Source: Myxococcota bacterium (GTDB lineage Bacteria > Myxococcota_A > Polyangia > HGW-17). Taken from it: a stretch of 64,000 nt of DNA. Position 1 is the first letter of the stretch, and each line of letters opens with the position of its first letter. Below the pieces are notes generated by a model. It was given only the letters and a program-made list of their open reading frames with translations. It was not told where the DNA came from and did no database searches. Of the stretch, positions 28,646 through 37,468 are shown one piece after another. A program made the position numbers and the translations under genes. The stretch is taken from contig JAHJMN010000021.1 of the NCBI GenBank assembly GCA_018821305.1, positions 17,451-81,450 on the forward strand, in the 5' to 3' direction.

Positions 28646-28966
28646 GACCGCTTCAGAAGAAATACGATAGTTGCCTGTTTTCAAGAAATACAGGTTCAGT
28701 GGCTTTACCTGAACAGCATTGATACTAGACCGCTTTCGAGGTAATACGATTGTGACTCGGTTTAAAGAAATGCTTCAGGAATGAGCCCCGTTTTCCTGTT
28801 CCTGCTACTGATTACCTGAATACCTGATTTTTTTAACAGGTAATCAGGAAGTCAGGTAAACAGGTTCAGGAACAGGTCATAAACATTCGACATCAAATAA
28901 TAATTAAAAAGACCGTAATTTTTATTCAATTTCCCAATTTCGATCCTTTTATTCCGCAAGCGGTCT
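28646..28966 (+). repeat. Family-2 structured repeat, full unit, bounded by AGACCGCTT…AAGCGGTCT.
   Basis: Approximately 300 bp are shared with 56943-57412 (two tandem units). The reverse complement is shared with 25219-25380 and 41649-41750. The unit ends with CCGCAAGCGGTCT. Confidence 0.75.
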
Positions 28967-30689
28967 AGATTGGAGAGAAATAACCAGCTCGGATTTTTGA
29001 AATAATATATTTAAATGTCTTTGCGGTTTCCTTGTCAAGTTCGGGCTCTACCAGTTTACCACCATTTTCCCACGCATCAGATGTACCAAAAAAGTATGCT
29101 GCGTAGTTCTCAGGAATATTAAAGTCAGGTCTTTTAAGCTCGTCCATGCAAGGGGCAGAGGGCTTCCGCGAAGGATCCTTAATATACTCCAGGAAAATGC
29201 TTAAACCGCACCCGGGACGCCCCCGCGTTTCAACCTCGCTTGACCATAAAACACCATGATTTGCCCATGGAATAAGGAAACTGAAATGATTCTCTCCCTG
29301 AAGTTTCGAAACTGAAATAGAGCTTACGTTTTCAGGTGTTTGAAGGTCATGAGTACCGTTAAGCAAAAGAAAATTTCGGTTAGTCTCTGCAAATTTTCCA
29401 TACCATTCGTCTTTTTCATATACTGGCCACGGTGAAGCCCTCTGTGATAATCGATAATCCAGTTTGACTCCTGTTAGAAGATCTTCATATCGCTCTGAAA
29501 CGTAATCCACAGAATAGGCCGGTGAGTGAATCATCTCGCTGACAGCAATATTCAGAAAAAGAATATAGTTAAGTTGAATGACATCCAGCGGAAGATTATC
29601 AATGTGGAGTGGATTATTTTTTTTCTGTCCGAAAACCGTTGCGATGAGGTTATTTATTGCCGTTATGTCTTCGGATGAACATCGGGCAAGTCTGTACCAC
29701 AATGCTACTGAAAGGCTACTGATGGATTTCTGGATGGCAAGACTGAAAGTCAGATAACGGATGGTATCAGCATCAAAAGAGTTGCAGTGACCGCTTTTCA
29801 GGTTATCCAGCGTATCCCTGACATGCGAAACGGCATCACCACCCATTTTTTGCGAACACATCTGGTTCTCATTGCACTCCTTGAGGAGATTTACAAATCC
29901 AGTTTCCGAGTTCACATCATAGTCATCAAGAAAACATGCACCCACAAGGCACATGGAATCAAGGGTAACACTACTGGCTTGATTTGGAAATATCTGTGCA
30001 TATCGGTGGGCCCAGGAACTTCCGTAACTGACACCGTAAACATGATTCCTAATGCCATCTTTTCTAATTAATTCAATAAAATAACCTAAATCTTTTGAAG
30101 CGTTAGTTATATTGAATTTCTCCAACCACTCTTTATTTTCTATTAGTTCACCCTGAATACATTCTGTTATCTCATCCTCACTTATTGCCCGCCCATAAGG
30201 GCCTTCTGTCGAAACGGCTGATGGGCACGTAAGAAAAGTACTATAACCCGTACCTCTATGGTCAAATGCAATAAATTCAGCTTCGGGATCAAGTAAAGCC
30301 ATTTCCGGCATATAATATGGAAAATCAATCGTTGACGAGCCCCCAGGCCCTCCCTGTAGCATTACGACTGTTCGCTTTACTTCCCTTAATGCAATTGTCT
30401 TTTTCACTCGGATTGAAATTAGTTGATTCTCTGGATCATTCCAGTCAAGGGGAACTGAAAAATCAGCGCACAATGCATTGTTTTCCGGGCCGCCCTCTGT
30501 AAGAGGACATGGATACCATTCTATTTCCTGGGAAATCTGCTCATTTGAAAACATTTCTACATAGCTAATTTCAGATTTGTCATTGTTATTGTTAGTATTA
30601 TTACTATTATTGACTGTGTTATTTTTCTCATTTTCACATGAAAAGAAAATTATACCGAGTAAGACTATATAAATAAAATACTTCTTCAT
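28965..30689 (-). CDS. Alpha/beta-hydrolase (S33/TAP-like peptidase family) lipoprotein with an Asn/Thr-rich linker.
   Basis: The lipoprotein signal is MKKYFIYIVLLGIIFFSC. The oxyanion/nucleophile motifs GGPGGSS and GVSYGSSWA (GxSxG) are present. The linker is NNTVNNSNNTNNNND. Confidence 0.65.
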   Translation of the reverse strand: MKKYFIYIVLLGIIFFSCENEKNNTVNNSNNTNNNNDKSEISYVEMFSNEQISQEIEWYPCPLTEGGPENNALCADFSVPLDWNDPENQLISIRVKKTIALREVKRTVVMLQGGPGGSSTIDFPYYMPEMALLDPEAEFIAFDHRGTGYSTFLTCPSAVSTEGPYGRAISEDEITECIQGELIENKEWLEKFNITNASKDLGYFIELIRKDGIRNHVYGVSYGSSWAHRYAQIFPNQASSVTLDSMCLVGACFLDDYDVNSETGFVNLLKECNENQMCSQKMGGDAVSHVRDTLDNLKSGHCNSFDADTIRYLTFSLAIQKSISSLSVALWYRLARCSSEDITAINNLIATVFGQKKNNPLHIDNLPLDVIQLNYILFLNIAVSEMIHSPAYSVDYVSERYEDLLTGVKLDYRLSQRASPWPVYEKDEWYGKFAETNRNFLLLNGTHDLQTPENVSSISVSKLQGENHFSFLIPWANHGVLWSSEVETRGRPGCGLSIFLEYIKDPSRKPSAPCMDELKRPDFNIPENYAAYFFGTSDAWENGGKLVEPELDKETAKTFKYIISKIRAGYFSPI

Positions 30690-32119
30690 TTTGCCTCCAT
30701 GATTGAGCAATCAACGTACTCAAGGGTATTGTCGCATACACAGTTTTCAGTTAACTGATATGCGGACATTACTTCACTGGCATCATCCGTAAGGGAAAGG
30801 TTTATTGCGATTTGGAGTTCTTCACCTATTCCAAAATTTGTATTTTCTTCAGCACATAGATAAATACTATTATGGGTATCGTCTACCGGCAGAGCCATTG
30901 GGCATATTTTTCTATAATCGCTTCCACTTATCCTTTTATATTCATACTTATACATATTAAAGCCAATTAACGAATCCGGATTCATCACGCCATTACTTTC
31001 AGACAGCTCGCTCACCAAGCCATTTCTTGAAAATGTTAACTCTGTTATATTCAAAGATATATTGTCAGTTCCAAGGACTTGATAATCACCAAGTAGAGTC
31101 AGCGTTATTTCAGCATCATCATCATCAGATTCAACCCAGGTAGCAAATCTGGTATACGAACTTGCATCAATCTCTCCTTCGGACAACGCAACGGAAAAGT
31201 CTCCCCATCCGGGTGTTTCATTTCCATTCCCGACACGTTCAACTATCGGACCTCGAAATTGACCAGTCAGATATTTATCTGTCCCCGGTTCCAGCATGTC
31301 ATCAGGAAGCACGCACTCGAGGGAAGGGACTTCCTCAAGCAAACTGTAAAAGCTTTCTTTATTTACAACTTGTTTTCTTGCTATGTAATAACAATATTGT
31401 TCATTATCTTCTTCAAGGCTCGGAATCTGCTGAATTCTTTCCAAATCCGCTGAAAACTCAACGTTACCTACTACCGTGAGCACTTCACCTGCATCAAAAT
31501 CATCAACATATGAGGTATCGATCTCAATCAGGTTCTCCGGATTATCAGTGCTCAGCAAAGTGATACACCTCTTGTAAAAATAAGAATTATCCACATGAAG
31601 AAATACTTCCGTATACAGATGTTCCCCAACTTGAGCTCCCTGTAGAAATTTATTCCCACTGTTTTTTAACTCCCTGAGAGTTTCCGTAGGCAGATAGATA
31701 TACATCGTGCTGTATGTACCGGCGAAAATAACACTCTCATATGGGTTTTCTATGGCCTCCAAAGGCAACAGACTACTTATCACAATATATTCAGTTCCTT
31801 CGGAATTCTCATACTGATTAATCACTGGTCTGTCGTCATATTCCAGCTCCAATGTGCCAGTAAAGAGTGTATTGAAACCAAGCGCATTTTCATGAGTTCC
31901 CGTCGAAAGAGCTTCTGCCGTATTTATTTTTCCACGAAATTCAAAGATAAAAGCAGGTATTGCAACAGGATTAACTAAATCCACTTCCAGTTGGGTGGTG
32001 CTGTTGGTGTTATTGGTATTACTGGTATTATTTGAACTCGTTGTGTTTGAGTTGTTATTCTCCCCTGAATCGCATGAGTTAAAAACCAGAAGCATTAAAA
32101 GAGTCGTTAAAATTTTCAT
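30686..32119 (-). CDS. Hypothetical lipoprotein with an Asn/Thr/Ser-rich linker.
   Basis: An AGGAGG RBS precedes the ATG at 32119. The signal is MKILTTLLMLLVFNSC, followed by NNNSNTTSSNNTSNTNNTNST. The remainder has no recognisable domain. Confidence 0.55.
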   Translation of the reverse strand: MKILTTLLMLLVFNSCDSGENNNSNTTSSNNTSNTNNTNSTTQLEVDLVNPVAIPAFIFEFRGKINTAEALSTGTHENALGFNTLFTGTLELEYDDRPVINQYENSEGTEYIVISSLLPLEAIENPYESVIFAGTYSTMYIYLPTETLRELKNSGNKFLQGAQVGEHLYTEVFLHVDNSYFYKRCITLLSTDNPENLIEIDTSYVDDFDAGEVLTVVGNVEFSADLERIQQIPSLEEDNEQYCYYIARKQVVNKESFYSLLEEVPSLECVLPDDMLEPGTDKYLTGQFRGPIVERVGNGNETPGWGDFSVALSEGEIDASSYTRFATWVESDDDDAEITLTLLGDYQVLGTDNISLNITELTFSRNGLVSELSESNGVMNPDSLIGFNMYKYEYKRISGSDYRKICPMALPVDDTHNSIYLCAEENTNFGIGEELQIAINLSLTDDASEVMSAYQLTENCVCDNTLEYVDCSIMEAK

Positions 32120-32324
32120 ATTTCCTCCTTCTTCCAATCCTGGAAGCATTTTGTTACCTCCGGAAAGTATCTTTGTTTCCGGATAGATAGTTAGCAGACG
32201 GATCACCGCCATATGAGGAGATATATTTAAATTCTTCAATAGAATCGTCCTGATACGAAATTCAGGACGTATCAAAACAGGTTTCCGGACGATGCAGCCC
32301 CCATATTCAATTCTTTTATTTTAA

Positions 32325-32650
32325 TTAGTTACTGTCCTGAAATACCCAAAATCAAAGTTTTCACTTGATTTTAGGTCAGGACAGTAACCGCAAGGTGTTG
32401 AATTTATTGTAGTGGCCTGTTAGGATTTTTAATAAAATCCTTCGCGAAGCGAATTACAGGACACGAACTAATTAGTTACTGTCCTGAAATACCGAAAATC
32501 AAATTTTTCGCCCGATTTTTGCTCAGGACAGTAACCGCAAGGTGTTGAATTTATTATAGTGGCCTGTTAGGATTTTTAATAAAATCCTTCGCGAAGCGAA
32601 TTTCAGGACACGAACTAATTAGCTCGTGTCCAGTATTCAGGACATTAACA
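32325..32650 (+). mobile_element. Two tandem Family-1 MITE-like copies (C at ~32325-32474, D at ~32473-32622) plus a 28-bp terminal fragment.
   Basis: There are two consecutive ~148-bp units, each with the full set of hairpins. The tail CTCGTGTCCAGTATTCAGGACATTAAC repeats the terminal motif. TAATTA flanks both sides. Confidence 0.8.
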
Positions 32651-35020
32651 ATATTTATCTCTCCACTCAGATGGAGTCATACCAGTATGTTTTTTAAACT
32701 GTGCGTTAAAAGATGATTTAGATGTAAATCCAGATTCCATTGCGATCTCGAGTATATTCACATCCCCTTCTCTCATTTTCTTTTTAACGAGTTCAACACG
32801 AAGGAAACTAATGTAATTGGAAAAACTCATGTGTTTCTCGACATTAACAAACTGACTCAGATCACTTTGTTTTATGTGAATCAGGCGGGCAAGTTTTCTG
32901 ACTGTCAAATCAGCATCGGTGAGTATTTCGAGTTTTGAAAGCACAGAATTTAATGATTTTTCAATTTCATTAAGTTGATCACGGTTTAACCTGCGGTCTC
33001 CATATTTTTCCTCCATTGCAGGTTTAGAATCTTCAACTCCAGCATTCACTGAATCAATTTCTGACTCTTGCTTTTTCGAATTTGTACATTCATTTATTGC
33101 AACTGAATCGCCACTCGGGTTATTACTATTTTTATTTGGACTATTGAAGGTGACTTCAGTTGATCCCATTTTCTTAATTTCAGTTCGACTGAAGTGCATT
33201 ACAATAATTGAGAGAAGCGTTAAAAAAATAATTACTACTACAATGCGGAAATAAATAGATTCGAAAACCTTCTGCTTTCGAATTATACTTATCTCAACTG
33301 AATTATCTGAAATCCTTTTCTTATAATAATCGAGGGAAATTTCAAGCCGGAACTGTCCAGGACCAAAACCTGTCAACGATAAGTTGTTTCCTGAACGCCT
33401 GATATTTTTATGATGTTTCCTTAATCGTATCTGATAATCTGTTCCCCAGGGAGCAAATGGTGACACAAATTCAATATCAAGTCTGTCGTCAGGGGAGTCC
33501 AACTTAACCGATTTTGAAATCTTTCTTTCCACCCCATTCACTGCAATTGAAATAATGCTGACAGGGTTGAATGCTTTCCTTAAATCAGAGTTGAGATCAA
33601 TCCGCACAATTCCAGCAACAGTTGAAAAAAGAACATTGTTATTATAAATGAGGGCTGTATTTAACCCAACACCCGTACACTCGGCAGACTCCATACCATC
33701 TGATTCATTAAAACTGGATATAACCGATATCTGTTGATTTTTCCCCTTCAAAAAATTCAGAATGTCTCTTTCAGCATATCGAAAAATGCCTCTATTTCCT
33801 GACGACCAGATGTACCCCTTATGATCTTTTATCCATGAAAACACGCTGTTGTCAGCAAGGCCGTTTTTACTTGAAATATGAATTGTTTTCCCCTTGTTCA
33901 GAAAGAAAATCCCATTTTTTGTTCCTACCGAAACATACTTTTCATATTCACTGATAAACTCAATATACAGATCAGTAACTTCGGCAAAGGGCGTAGCACG
34001 TCCGGTTTCTAATGAAATCTCATATAGTCCCCTGCCCCAGGTACCTGCATATAACTTTTTTCCAACCTGCAGCATGCTTGTGATAATAGTATCCTTGTGC
34101 GGTAACAACGAAATTTGTATTGCCTGAGAATTATTTACTTTAAAAACATTACCCCTTGTACTTACATACAGATTGTCTCTCAATCCATATATAGAATTAA
34201 TTGCTTGTCCTCTAAAAGAAATAACTTTCACAAAGGAGCCGGCACTCAATTTATAAAGGGTATCTCCACAACTTCCGAATATTTCATCATTTACTGATGC
34301 CACTATTGGTTCAAGAGATTTATCTGATTTACATTCAAGATTGACAGGAACACAAGGAGCCTCCAGAGTAGATTTAACACAAATACCCACTCTGGGTCGA
34401 GCTGCCCATAGATATCCCTTTTTATCAATAGCAATTGTCCTTATAGTGAGTTTTGAATCAGAAACATTTATCTTTCCGCGATATATTCGGTGCAGACCGT
34501 CTCCTATCGTAGAAATCCAGTAGTTTCCGTTTATATCTTTGTGGCTACAACTGATTTTTTTAACATTTGCATACACCGGGACATCATTGCGACAATGCCC
34601 TTGATATTCTTTCTTTTTTAAATCGAAATCAACACAGGAAAAAACTTCAATTGTAAAATCCCGGATTCGATAGCAGGAATCGCCGGCATTAAAATATACA
34701 ACTCTATCTTTATCCGAGATCAAATTTTTTACTAAATTGGATTTCAGAATTGGATTCCTGCTACGGTCATAAATTCTAAAAAATCGCCCATCAAATCGAG
34801 CGAGGCCTTCAAATGTACCGATCCATAAAAAACCAGCGCCATCAACAGCAACACCAGTGAGGCTATCCATGGGAAGCCCATCGCTCATTCGCCAATGCTC
34901 ATGAACCCACCCATTCTTTGATTCTCTCTGAAACCCACGAGCATCAGAAATCCAGGAAAACATTGTTATAATAATAAAAATAAATACCATATACTTCAGT
35001 TTTAATTTTTTATGCTCCAA
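32645..35020 (-). CDS. Membrane-anchored one-component regulator with a periplasmic beta-propeller/Y_Y_Y sensor, one TM helix and a C-terminal AraC-type HTH.
   Basis: The N-terminal signal/TM is followed by the two-component-regulator-propeller signature (…LWIGTFEGLARFDG…). A TM helix follows (IVVVIIFLTLLSIIVMHF). The C-terminus is an AraC HTH (…ILEIAMESGFTSKSSFNAQFKKHTGMTPSEWR). Confidence 0.75.
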   Translation of the reverse strand: MEHKKLKLKYMVFIFIIITMFSWISDARGFQRESKNGWVHEHWRMSDGLPMDSLTGVAVDGAGFLWIGTFEGLARFDGRFFRIYDRSRNPILKSNLVKNLISDKDRVVYFNAGDSCYRIRDFTIEVFSCVDFDLKKKEYQGHCRNDVPVYANVKKISCSHKDINGNYWISTIGDGLHRIYRGKINVSDSKLTIRTIAIDKKGYLWAARPRVGICVKSTLEAPCVPVNLECKSDKSLEPIVASVNDEIFGSCGDTLYKLSAGSFVKVISFRGQAINSIYGLRDNLYVSTRGNVFKVNNSQAIQISLLPHKDTIITSMLQVGKKLYAGTWGRGLYEISLETGRATPFAEVTDLYIEFISEYEKYVSVGTKNGIFFLNKGKTIHISSKNGLADNSVFSWIKDHKGYIWSSGNRGIFRYAERDILNFLKGKNQQISVISSFNESDGMESAECTGVGLNTALIYNNNVLFSTVAGIVRIDLNSDLRKAFNPVSIISIAVNGVERKISKSVKLDSPDDRLDIEFVSPFAPWGTDYQIRLRKHHKNIRRSGNNLSLTGFGPGQFRLEISLDYYKKRISDNSVEISIIRKQKVFESIYFRIVVVIIFLTLLSIIVMHFSRTEIKKMGSTEVTFNSPNKNSNNPSGDSVAINECTNSKKQESEIDSVNAGVEDSKPAMEEKYGDRRLNRDQLNEIEKSLNSVLSKLEILTDADLTVRKLARLIHIKQSDLSQFVNVEKHMSFSNYISFLRVELVKKKMREGDVNILEIAMESGFTSKSSFNAQFKKHTGMTPSEWRDKYC

Positions 35021-35133
35021 AAGGCAATACCAGCAGTGCTTTTACATCGGATAGGAGTCATTCGAATGTAACATTGATCACTCTCCAGAATTTTCAAATT
35101 ACCCTGGGAAAAATCAAATAATAAAAAAATCGT

Positions 35134-36198
35134 CTATTTTATATTTAATATCTTCTGCAGAGATTCAGGGGTAATATTGAATTGTCCCATTTTTGTATGA
35201 AAATCATTGCTTCCTAAAAGATAATTCGAAAAAGCAATGATTTCAAGACAACCGGCCAATCTCAGAGTTTGAAAGAGTTGAAGCCTGTTATGAGTAAGAG
35301 CTAACATAAAAACACCCCGGGTTGCAGCATCATTTACTTTAGAAACATTGATATCCATGCCTCTTTCTCTAAATCTGTCCATGATCAAAGTGCGAAGTTG
35401 AGTCTGCATCCTGTTGCGGGCTTGAAGATTCTTTCGGGAGTAGTTTTTTAAAATAAGGTGTAATGCAATGAAGCTCACAATTAGAGCTAAAATAAAAAAT
35501 TTACTGAAAACAAAACCAAGTATGGCCGGAGCAATTACATATCCCAGCACAGGAATAACAACGGTCATTAAAAAGGAAACACTTTCGGAATTAATTTGCT
35601 GTATTTCACGACTTTCCTCCGTTATTTCATTTGCTGCGCTGCTGAGTACTCTACATATTCTGAACTGTTCAACGGATAAATTGAAGTATTTTCTTATACT
35701 TTCCGGTAATGGAGAAAGGTCCAGAGGTACTTTATCAGATGTGGGAATCTTTGAATACCGAGCGTGATTTCTGCTTTTTTCCAGTAGTTTCCGGTATCCG
35801 ATCCTGTTATTGAGGGTAGTTAAAAATGCTTTTCTTGTCTTTTGAAGACCAAGAAAATCATAATTTTCCATGCCGGAAACCTTATCATCAAAGTTAAAAT
35901 CGGTATTTCCGGTAGATTCAAGCGAGGGAGCAGTCTCAGTACTTTTCAAATAAGAAAACGCAAGGTTGTCCTGATTTTGCTCTGATTTCCCGTAGATTTC
36001 ATTGATTGAAAAAGATTTCTTGCATGCCTCACAACGTTCTGTTCCGAAAGCAGAAATTCCTGAGGCAATATTCTTTTTATATATTGAGGCTAATGGACCT
36101 TCAATATTCTCAAAACCACAATCCGGACATTTCCAAAATTCTGACAATTCAAACCTCCCGGGACTCACAGTCACTTGCTTCAACCCAACTGAAAACAA
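35134..36198 (-). CDS. Hypothetical membrane protein with an N-terminal zinc-ribbon (CPDCG…CEAC).
   Basis: Cys pairs CxxC…CxxC lie near the N-terminus. Two or three predicted TM helices lie near residues 200-250. Confidence 0.45.
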   Translation of the reverse strand: MFSVGLKQVTVSPGRFELSEFWKCPDCGFENIEGPLASIYKKNIASGISAFGTERCEACKKSFSINEIYGKSEQNQDNLAFSYLKSTETAPSLESTGNTDFNFDDKVSGMENYDFLGLQKTRKAFLTTLNNRIGYRKLLEKSRNHARYSKIPTSDKVPLDLSPLPESIRKYFNLSVEQFRICRVLSSAANEITEESREIQQINSESVSFLMTVVIPVLGYVIAPAILGFVFSKFFILALIVSFIALHLILKNYSRKNLQARNRMQTQLRTLIMDRFRERGMDINVSKVNDAATRGVFMLALTHNRLQLFQTLRLAGCLEIIAFSNYLLGSNDFHTKMGQFNITPESLQKILNIK

Positions 36199-36310
36199 TT
36201 ACTGATCCAAGCACGTAGATTATTGTGTTGAATATAACACAGTAACATAATAATCTTGTTGAATGATTTTGCACAGCCCTAATTTCCTCACTCTATTCTT
36301 TTGTAAAGTT

Positions 36311-37195
36311 ATGGAAAAGTCTCCAGTTTTTTTGATTTCCCTTTGCGTTCTGAGTTCCACGCAATTATCTGCCTGCAAAAAGACTGACTGTGAAAAATTG
36401 TATGAAATCCAGAAAAAATGCGCTTCTGGTTCGATAAAAACAAGCAAGTCTTCATATATTGAAATATGCGAGAGAATGTCCGATTCCGATGAAATTGTAG
36501 ACAATATCAAATGTCTGGCAAAAACTGACTGTTCCGATTTTAAAATATGCGTGAAAAATAGAAAAAAGGAAAATTTTATCAGTTCCGCACTCAATAGACT
36601 GGAACAGAATCTGGCAGTTGGTAATTTTACTGGTGTAATTATTGATTGTAGAGCTTTCATAAATGAAGAAAAGATTTCAACTAAGTGCCAGAATGTACTT
36701 CCTCAAACAATTGAGAAACTTTTGCAAAAAGCAATAGCCATTAGAAATCGAGGTCATTCTGATTTTTTAAAATGCAACTTTCTCCGGGATGGGGTTTCAA
36801 TGATTAGAAATCCTGATCTCCTGAATAGAATTGAGAGTCTTTGCAGGGAAATGCATCTTGTTGACTCTGTTATTTCTGGAATAAAAGAAAGCAAGAATAG
36901 GGCACAGTCTAAAAATCCGGAACTCGCGTTCCAGTGTGATGATTACAATCTTGTAAAGTTTGATAAGATTGGAACAAACTGGGCTTTAGAAAGAAAAAAG
37001 TCCCTTATTGAAGCATGTTTCGGGATTCATGGAAGAGCTATACTGAAAAGTCACATTGAATCAGGAAATATTAAATGTTCCTACCGACTTAAAAACCTTA
37101 TTTTACGAATAAAAAAGCACTATAGTTTTGATAAAGAAATAACAGATATATTAAATAAAATTGAACCCTCCTGTGAAATATCAAAAGGATTTTAA
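36311..37195 (+). CDS. Hypothetical Cys-rich lipoprotein.
   Basis: The internal ATG gives the signal MEKSPVFLISLCVLSSTQLSAC. Multiple Cys residues follow. No recognisable domain is present. Confidence 0.45.
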   Translation: MEKSPVFLISLCVLSSTQLSACKKTDCEKLYEIQKKCASGSIKTSKSSYIEICERMSDSDEIVDNIKCLAKTDCSDFKICVKNRKKENFISSALNRLEQNLAVGNFTGVIIDCRAFINEEKISTKCQNVLPQTIEKLLQKAIAIRNRGHSDFLKCNFLRDGVSMIRNPDLLNRIESLCREMHLVDSVISGIKESKNRAQSKNPELAFQCDDYNLVKFDKIGTNWALERKKSLIEACFGIHGRAILKSHIESGNIKCSYRLKNLILRIKKHYSFDKEITDILNKIEPSCEISKGF

Positions 37196-37468
37196 ATCCT
37201 TAATTCGCATAAACGACTCGAAACTCCTTTTTTTTTGGTTTACTTGTAGAAATCTTTAAGTTAATAATTCTAAGGTGCAGTGCTGTTTCGGATTGTTTTT
37301 CTTAAAACAACAGTTTCGCGAATAAAAATCTCATGCACATTTTAAAGTTTAGATTTTCTCATAGACAGAAAGCGGCATATTGTCCATCTGTAATTTTAAA
37401 ATCCAGAAATGAACTTACTGACTACTTCTTTACCCGGATTTTCTTAAAAATCCAAATATTGAACTATC

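Noticed and set aside
32325-32622. Tandem direct repeats that could be mistaken for a CRISPR array; the same applies at 56943-57412.
   Set aside because: There are only two units per locus. The unit lengths are 148 bp and ~270 bp, far above the CRISPR repeat range. No unique spacers or cas genes are present. The units belong to dispersed repeat families.
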